NCBI GenBank assembly: GCA_951406725.2
Contig: OX597823.1
Span: 98,146,001 to 98,210,000 of the forward strand
Length of the DNA stretch: 64,000 bases
Direction of reading: 5' to 3'
DNA from: Octopus vulgaris
Taxonomy: Eukaryota
The position numbers and the translations under genes are program-made. Below are positions 58,151 through 64,000 of this stretch, piece after piece. Positions within the stretch are counted from its first letter, which is position 1. Each line of letters opens with the position of its first letter. The notes below the pieces were generated by a model. That model made no database searches. It had not been told where the DNA came from and saw nothing but the letters and a program-made list of their open reading frames with translations.

Positions 58151-59380
58151 AGAAAAAAATTTGGTGCGCTCATTTAGTTTGGCGTTCTGATAATTTTAAT
58201 ACTTCAAGTGTTTCGAGGTATGGCAAAATATGAATTACTTTTCAAAAGCTTTGAAGAAGACATGAAAATAGATGCAGACAGAAGATAACAAGAGATGAAA
58301 AGGTGGTGGTGGGAGATAACATGGAAAGAAGAACAAGAACAAGAAGAAGACAGAAAATGGAAAGAATATGACGAAGAAGGCAAAAGAAACAAAAGCTGAC
58401 GGTTGAAATTAAAAGAAGACAGTAAAAAAAAAAAAAAGCCAGATGAAGACGAAGGCCGAAGAAGGAAAGAATAAAAGAAGGCAGAAGAAGGGAGAAGAAA
58501 GAAGCGGAAGACGAAGAAAGGAAGAAGACGTAGCAAAAGGACGAGTAAGAAAGAAGAGGAGGAAGGAAGGAAGAAAAAGAAGGAAGAATAAGATGAGGAG
58601 GGAGAAAGAAGATGAAAGGGAAGAAAGGGAACGAGCAGCGGGAGAAGTAGATTTTTTTTGAGAAGAAGACGACGTAGAAAGAAGGGAAATGAAAGGCATT
58701 TAGAATTGAGTTGATCAATTATTTAGTCTGACTTTTGACGAAATCAGGTTCGAAAAGAAAGCGAAACAAAGCAGAGAAGTTGCATACCTCGTCCAACCCA
58801 TCATTGCCCACATCCCCCGACAAATACATATTAGCAAACATCAAGTAAGTACCTTATTTGGAGATGTAAGTCACTTCAATAAGTCTGCATTGACAAGATT
58901 TGAATATATGTCTACGTAATCAATTCTTCCGAATGAAGAAACTAGCAAACAGCCAGGAATCAAATATTTATTTATTTATTTAGTTAATTATTTATTTGTA
59001 AATCTGAAGTTTTAATTTGTTTTCTTTTTTGTACAAAGAGAGAGAAACGAACTGATTATAACGATTTCGATTAATGCAATACAGCACATTTAAAGAGATA
59101 GATGGCGGTCATGTAAATGCGATTGAATTGATAACCCAGTATAATACTGGTATCTCATTTTATTGACAACCTGGAGGAATTAAAAGGTAAACTCGGATAC
59201 CGTAGGATTTGAACTCAGAACGTAAAGAGTAAGACAGAATTACTACTGGACAGTAGTTTCAATCAGTAGATTTCAGGCTATGTGCCATGGACATGGCTAT
59301 ACTCACACCCACACATACATATATGTGTAAATACATACATATATTTTCATGCACACAAACACACACACACACATACATAC

Positions 59381-59424
<44 letters not shown>

Positions 59425-59469
59425 CAATAATTAATCTCTGAACGAGGTATAAACAGTAACTGCACGATA

Positions 59470-59835
59470 ATGTGAGGTATACTTGCCATCTCAATATGGC
59501 TAACCACTAAGGGTGGGTATTACTGTAGCTTGTAGCCCCAGGAGAACATCGTCTCCAGCTGACTTTAGGCTGGAAAAACGATATAAGTATTTGCATTGGG
59601 ACCCCTTTCATCGAAAACCGGTGATTGTCGTACGCTGATGACAGGTCAAAACCTAGAAACTGCAGTCCGTACGTATCACTTATGTTGACGAGGGAAGGAT
59701 GACCTCCCTTTGCAAATAACATAAGGGCACAGAAAGTGTGCCTAAAGTCAGCTGGAGACGATGTTCTCCTGGGGCTACAAGCTACAGTAACACCCACCCT
59801 TAGTGGTTAGCCATATTGAGATGGCAAGTATACCT

Positions 59836-59840
<5 letters not shown>
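59470..59840. repeat. foldback: 101-bp inverted arms around a 169-bp spacer
   Basis: 59470-59570 is the reverse complement of 59740-59840 with one mismatch; set between (TA)n tracts. Confidence 0.95.
59621..59679 (+). ncRNA. type I hammerhead ribozyme in foldback spacer
   Basis: gtgat-tgt-cgtacg-CTGATGA-c-aggt-caaa-acct-a-GAAA-ctgcag-TC-cgtacg-t-atcac; predicted cleavage after 59667. Confidence 0.82.
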
Positions 59841-59889
<49 letters not shown>

Positions 59890-59893
<4 letters not shown>

Positions 59894-60042
59894 AATGAGG
59901 GTGAAAACTTAGATATTGATTTAATAATACCATTAGTTTAACACCAAGCGGCCTAGCACATAAAAACCAGAGAGACAATACTAATTTATCCGTAAATATA
60001 AGAGAGTTACCGTTAAATTGGTTAACTCTAGTGCTAGAAATA
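59890..60042 (-). repeat. diverged homolog of part of the 533-bp hammerhead unit
   Basis: reverse complement shares ctagagt, ctctcttatattta, ctaggcc.cttggtgt, tattaaat, tatctaa, tcaccct.att in order. Confidence 0.8.
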
Positions 60043-60045
60043 GCT

Positions 60046-60170
60046 CCTTATTCTGGTATAGCCGCTGACGATGCTTCCACAAAGAAATAACATTACCTTC
60101 AACTTTCCTTACGTTGAAGGTAATGTTATTTCTTTGTGGAAGCATCGTCGGCGGCTATACCAGAATAAGG
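60046..60170. repeat. 58-bp-arm palindrome with 9-nt loop
   Basis: 60046-60103 vs 60113-60170, one mismatch. Confidence 0.95.
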
Positions 60171-60176
60171 TATATA

Positions 60177-62060
60177 CCGTATTTGACGGCATATTAGACG
60201 CACTGGCATATTAGACGCACCCTCATTTCAGCAGGTCAAATTCAGGAAAAAAAGTTTTAAGTGTATTTAAGCATATATTGTTGAAAGCAGTCTAGCAGCA
60301 CATTACAAAAGCAGAAAACATTGCTGTATAAAAGCAAGCATACAAAAGGAAAGCATACAAATTACAATAGTAATCATCTTTAATCATCTTTTTAACCAGA
60401 AAACTCTTCATCATCTTCTACACCAGAAAAGTCTTCATCATCTTCTACACCAGAAAAGTCTTCATCATCTTCTACACCAGAAAAGTCTTCATCATCTTCA
60501 AAACAAGGAACATCTTCATCACTACTGCTGAAATCACTGTCTTCAAATAATGCATCATCTTCTGTGCCATCAAGGGCATTGCTAATGCCACACTTCTTAA
60601 AAGCCTTCACAATGATTTCAGGCCTAACATCATCCCAAGATTTCTTCACCCACTCACACACTTCAGCAATGGTGGGCCGCTTCATTCTTCCTGTGGGTGT
60701 GAGGGCATGATGTGGCTCTGCCATCCACTTGTTCCAATGTTCACGCATGTTCTGCTTAAATTACTTATTCACAGACACATATAAAGGCTGCAATTGACTC
60801 GTCAGTCCACCAGGAATGACAGCTAACTGCGTTTTCGATTCTCCCACCCTTTTTTTAATGGCTTCAGTTCTATGTGCTCTAAACTGATCCCAAACCAGAA
60901 GAGAATGTTTTCTTAATAGTCCACCAGGACGCCTTGACCATATATTTTGTAACCACAGTTTCATTCCATTTTCGTCCATCCAGCCTTTTTCGTGAACATG
61001 AACTAGTTTTAGACCCTTTGACACTCACAGTCCTGTTGGATGGTACATCAAATGTGAGTGGAACTTCGTCCATATTCCCTATTTGGACCAGTTCAAAACA
61101 AGTTTTCTTTCTTGCATTTATAACAAATCTATGAAAATCCAATATTTTTTCTTCATAATCAGCAGGCATTTTTTGTGCAATGGATGTTTTTGTACGCATT
61201 GATAAACCCTTCCGTTTCATAAACCTGTAACACCAACCAGCAAAGTTCTGTATCCCTCGTTGTTCTGCTACTCTCATGGCCTCATGAATTATCATTTTGG
61301 TAGATACACTTCTCCCTGAGTTTCTCTCATCAAGCACCCACGTTTTTATATCATCCTCAAGTTCTGGCCAATGTGGGGCTGGGCAACGAAGGTTATGTTT
61401 ACCTTTCTGTGCTCTCATCAGCTGCTCTTCTTGCTGTCGCCAGACACGTATCATATTTTCTGTAGGTGGTGGCCCAAAAACGCTTGCTGCTGCTCTATTT
61501 CCATGCTCCTTGGCATAATCTACCACTCGTAGTTTGTAGGAGATTTTATAGCTTGATCTTTTTGCTGCCATAGCCTTGAGGGTGCTTGTACTGTTGTAGT
61601 GTGTTTTGTTATGATCATAAACTTTGTTGTACCAAGATATCCAACCTACCTCCGTATATACACGAACTCGCAACTATCATGTGCATTCCGTAGTTTTACT
61701 CCTCACCGTCAGATAGCATCGAGTTAGGGTTCCGACCAGCTGATATTAGTAAACGTGTGTCACGGATCGCAGCCTAACAATTTACGGTAGATTGCTTTGA
61801 TTTTTACGATAATTCGTATTTTAAAGTAATAATACTGGTAATAATAATAATAATAATACTAGCAATAAAATAATGATGCATGAGTACGGAAAATATCATT
61901 AAGGCGTTAGCGTAGGTAGAAATACTTATCGTAAGCTAGGTTAGTGAGCGTCTGGGAGAAGATTAGCCTACGGGAGGGTCTTGACTTCGCATATTAGACG
62001 CAGGGCGATTTTTTGAGCCAAATTTTTTGGAAAAAGTGCGTCCTATATGCCGTCAAATAC

Positions 62061-62062
<2 letters not shown>
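60177..62062 (-). mobile_element. pogo-family (POGK-like) DNA transposon, defective
   Basis: TIRs ccgtatttgacggcata, TA TSD; transposase 61571-60392 with Brinker-type DBD, CENP-B HTH, GNMDE, VWDQF, LQPLY (third D lost); internal deletion and frameshifts. Confidence 0.93.
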
Positions 62063-62101
<39 letters not shown>

Positions 62102-62446
62102 GTGTGTGTGCGCACCCACGTACATGCGCACAAACAAACAAAAAGAACGCAGCTCGGAGAATGGACGGAGTCAACAACTATTGAAAAGATTGCAAGACGC
62201 AACGAAAATTTTTGAAAAAATAAATATGTAAATGAATGGAGACTTTATCGGTGAGTGTGTTAAATTATGAGGCACTAAAAGAGAATGACTCTCCCCAGAC
62301 ACAACAAAATAAGTTTTAACATACGAACTCACATAAAGAATTTTGCAAATCTAATCCGAAAACGAAATATATGTGTATATGTGCATACATACATACATAC
62401 ATACATATATATATATATATATGTGTGTGTGTGTATATATACACAC

Positions 62447-62493
<47 letters not shown>

Positions 62494-62517
62494 CATACAT
62501 CTATATATACACATACA

Positions 62518-62553
<36 letters not shown>

Positions 62554-62651
62554 TATATATAAAGTTAATCCAAACATAAAAACACAAAGAGAAAACACAA
62601 CAACGCGAGGACGTGTTATTGGACGCTCAGGAAAGGAAAGAAAGAAGGAGG

Positions 62652-62686
62652 ACTTAACGTTTCGAGCGGAGCTCTTCGTCAGAAAC
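62652..62686 (-). ncRNA. minimal Penelope-type hammerhead candidate
   Basis: gttt-CTGACGA-a-gagc-tcc-gctc-GAAA-cg-TT-aagt within a 62560-62760 island between microsatellites. Confidence 0.55.
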
Positions 62687-62780
62687 ATGGAAAAAGGAAA
62701 GATCCAAGGAAGGGAAGACGGAGGGAGAAAAATCGCCAACGATACACACGCGGTCACATATTGAATATATATATATATAT

Positions 62781-64000
62781 TGTTACGAATACCTGCCGTC
62801 GCCCAAACTCTTCGGAAACCCGGGACACTACCAAGTCGAGCGACGACGATTGACCGGCTCGATCGAACGGTGAATTCGCCACGGACTCAGAGAGAGAATT
62901 CGGTGGGGGAAGGCGGCAGCGAACTCGGCGACCGGTACCGGAGAGAACAACAAACAACAGCAGGAAGAGATACAGAGAGACACGGCGGAAAGCAATTTGG
63001 CTTACGTTTAACAACAGTTTATGACAATTACGACATCAAATACAATGTAAAATACATCAGGTACATCAAAGATAATAACATGCAACAAAATTAACAAGAT
63101 CAAAGCATGCAGGTACAATATACAGTCCGGAGACAACAGTTCAGATCAAATTAAAACAAATAATGTTCACATTAACGATACAGTTCAAATTGATGCAATA
63201 TAGTTCAGAGTTCAATGTTCTACATTAGAGTCTTTCTCTTTCTTTTTCAACAACTCCGTAACACAATTTACAATGTTCTTTATAATCTCATTTCTTTAAT
63301 TCAGTACTTCTTCCTCCTTTTTCACATCAATCTTTTACATTTCAACAATTCTTTTTCCTTCTTTAACACATCAAAACATAAACAAACATACCGTTACGAG
63401 CTACTATAAATAGCCAGTGCCTTCACACCGTAATCTCCCCCAGCTCCTTCTTAGCTCCTTAATCCTATCTGCCTGTCTTCCTCTACGCTGTCGCTTGTCA
63501 TCCTCTCACTCTTCTTTCTGTCTTTCTCGCCACGCTTGTCATCTCTGCATCGACCCTCACGCCAGTTCGCTCTGTTCCCCGACTGTTCAACAGACTCACA
63601 GCTCCCGCTTTTTAAAGGGTATCTTCCTCGACCCTTCTTTGACCGGCACAGGGTCGAAGGTCTCTTCAAAAGCCATCACTCTCTCCAGAAAGTGGCAGAA
63701 CAAAGGATTTACTCGCCTGCTTGACGCCAGCTCACAAGAAGTAGGTCGCAAGCACTGTCCCCGAATTGACCCCCCATATCAATATATATGCAGTGAGGGA
63801 AGGGAAACAATTAGGCAAGGCATGACAAGGACATGTGATCTAATTTAATTCAATCTAATTTAGCTACATAACAAATGGTATAAAAGAGTTTCTGATAGCT
63901 GTTCCTGGGATATCCCAGCAACTGGAGTAGCGTATCGAGCGAAGACGTCTGTAGGTTAGGTTACCGTCATCAGAGAGATATAGCTTAGACAGTGGAAGAA
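62781..64000. mobile_element. probable LTR related to 54639-55743, running off the window
   Basis: starts atat|TGTTACG; same order of CpG-rich, A/C-rich, CT-rich and tatata blocks; right end not seen. Confidence 0.6.

Noticed and set aside
58204-58718. Lys/Arg/Glu-rich and Phe/Ser-rich ORFs
   Set aside because: Low-complexity purine-rich tract
60064-60100. CTGACGA...GAAA within the 58-bp palindrome
   Set aside because: No stem II closing next to GAAA and no stem I partner

Overview
AT-rich, microsatellite- and transposon-dense eukaryotic DNA. The SINE families and (TA)n/(CA)n load suggest an octopod cephalopod (inference, not searched). The first 14.4 kb hold the last 10 coding exons of RNA polymerase II largest subunit (RPB1/POLR2A, + strand), ending in a vertebrate-like CTD of about 50 heptads. 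No other intact host gene is supported. The remaining ~50 kb is a transposon graveyard: RTE, R4/Dong-like, Tx1/L1-like, CR1 and Penelope retroelement remnants, three solo LTRs plus a fourth LTR cut by the window edge, Tc1, pogo, hAT and Merlin-like DNA elements, a Helitron, and tRNA-derived SINEs. The standout signal is a cluster of predicted type I hammerhead ribozymes in non-coding islands inside (TA)n tracts. Four sit in a near-perfect 533-bp tandem array (40.3-42.3 kb, retrozyme or Penelope pseudo-LTR-like), two unrelated long-stem-II ones face each other at 49.3-49.7 kb, one lies in the loop of a 101-bp foldback at 59.6 kb, and minimal ones occur at 62.7 and 23.6 kb. A Penelope GIY-YIG remnant lies at 51 kb. 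All structures and alignments were derived by eye and none is experimentally tested.
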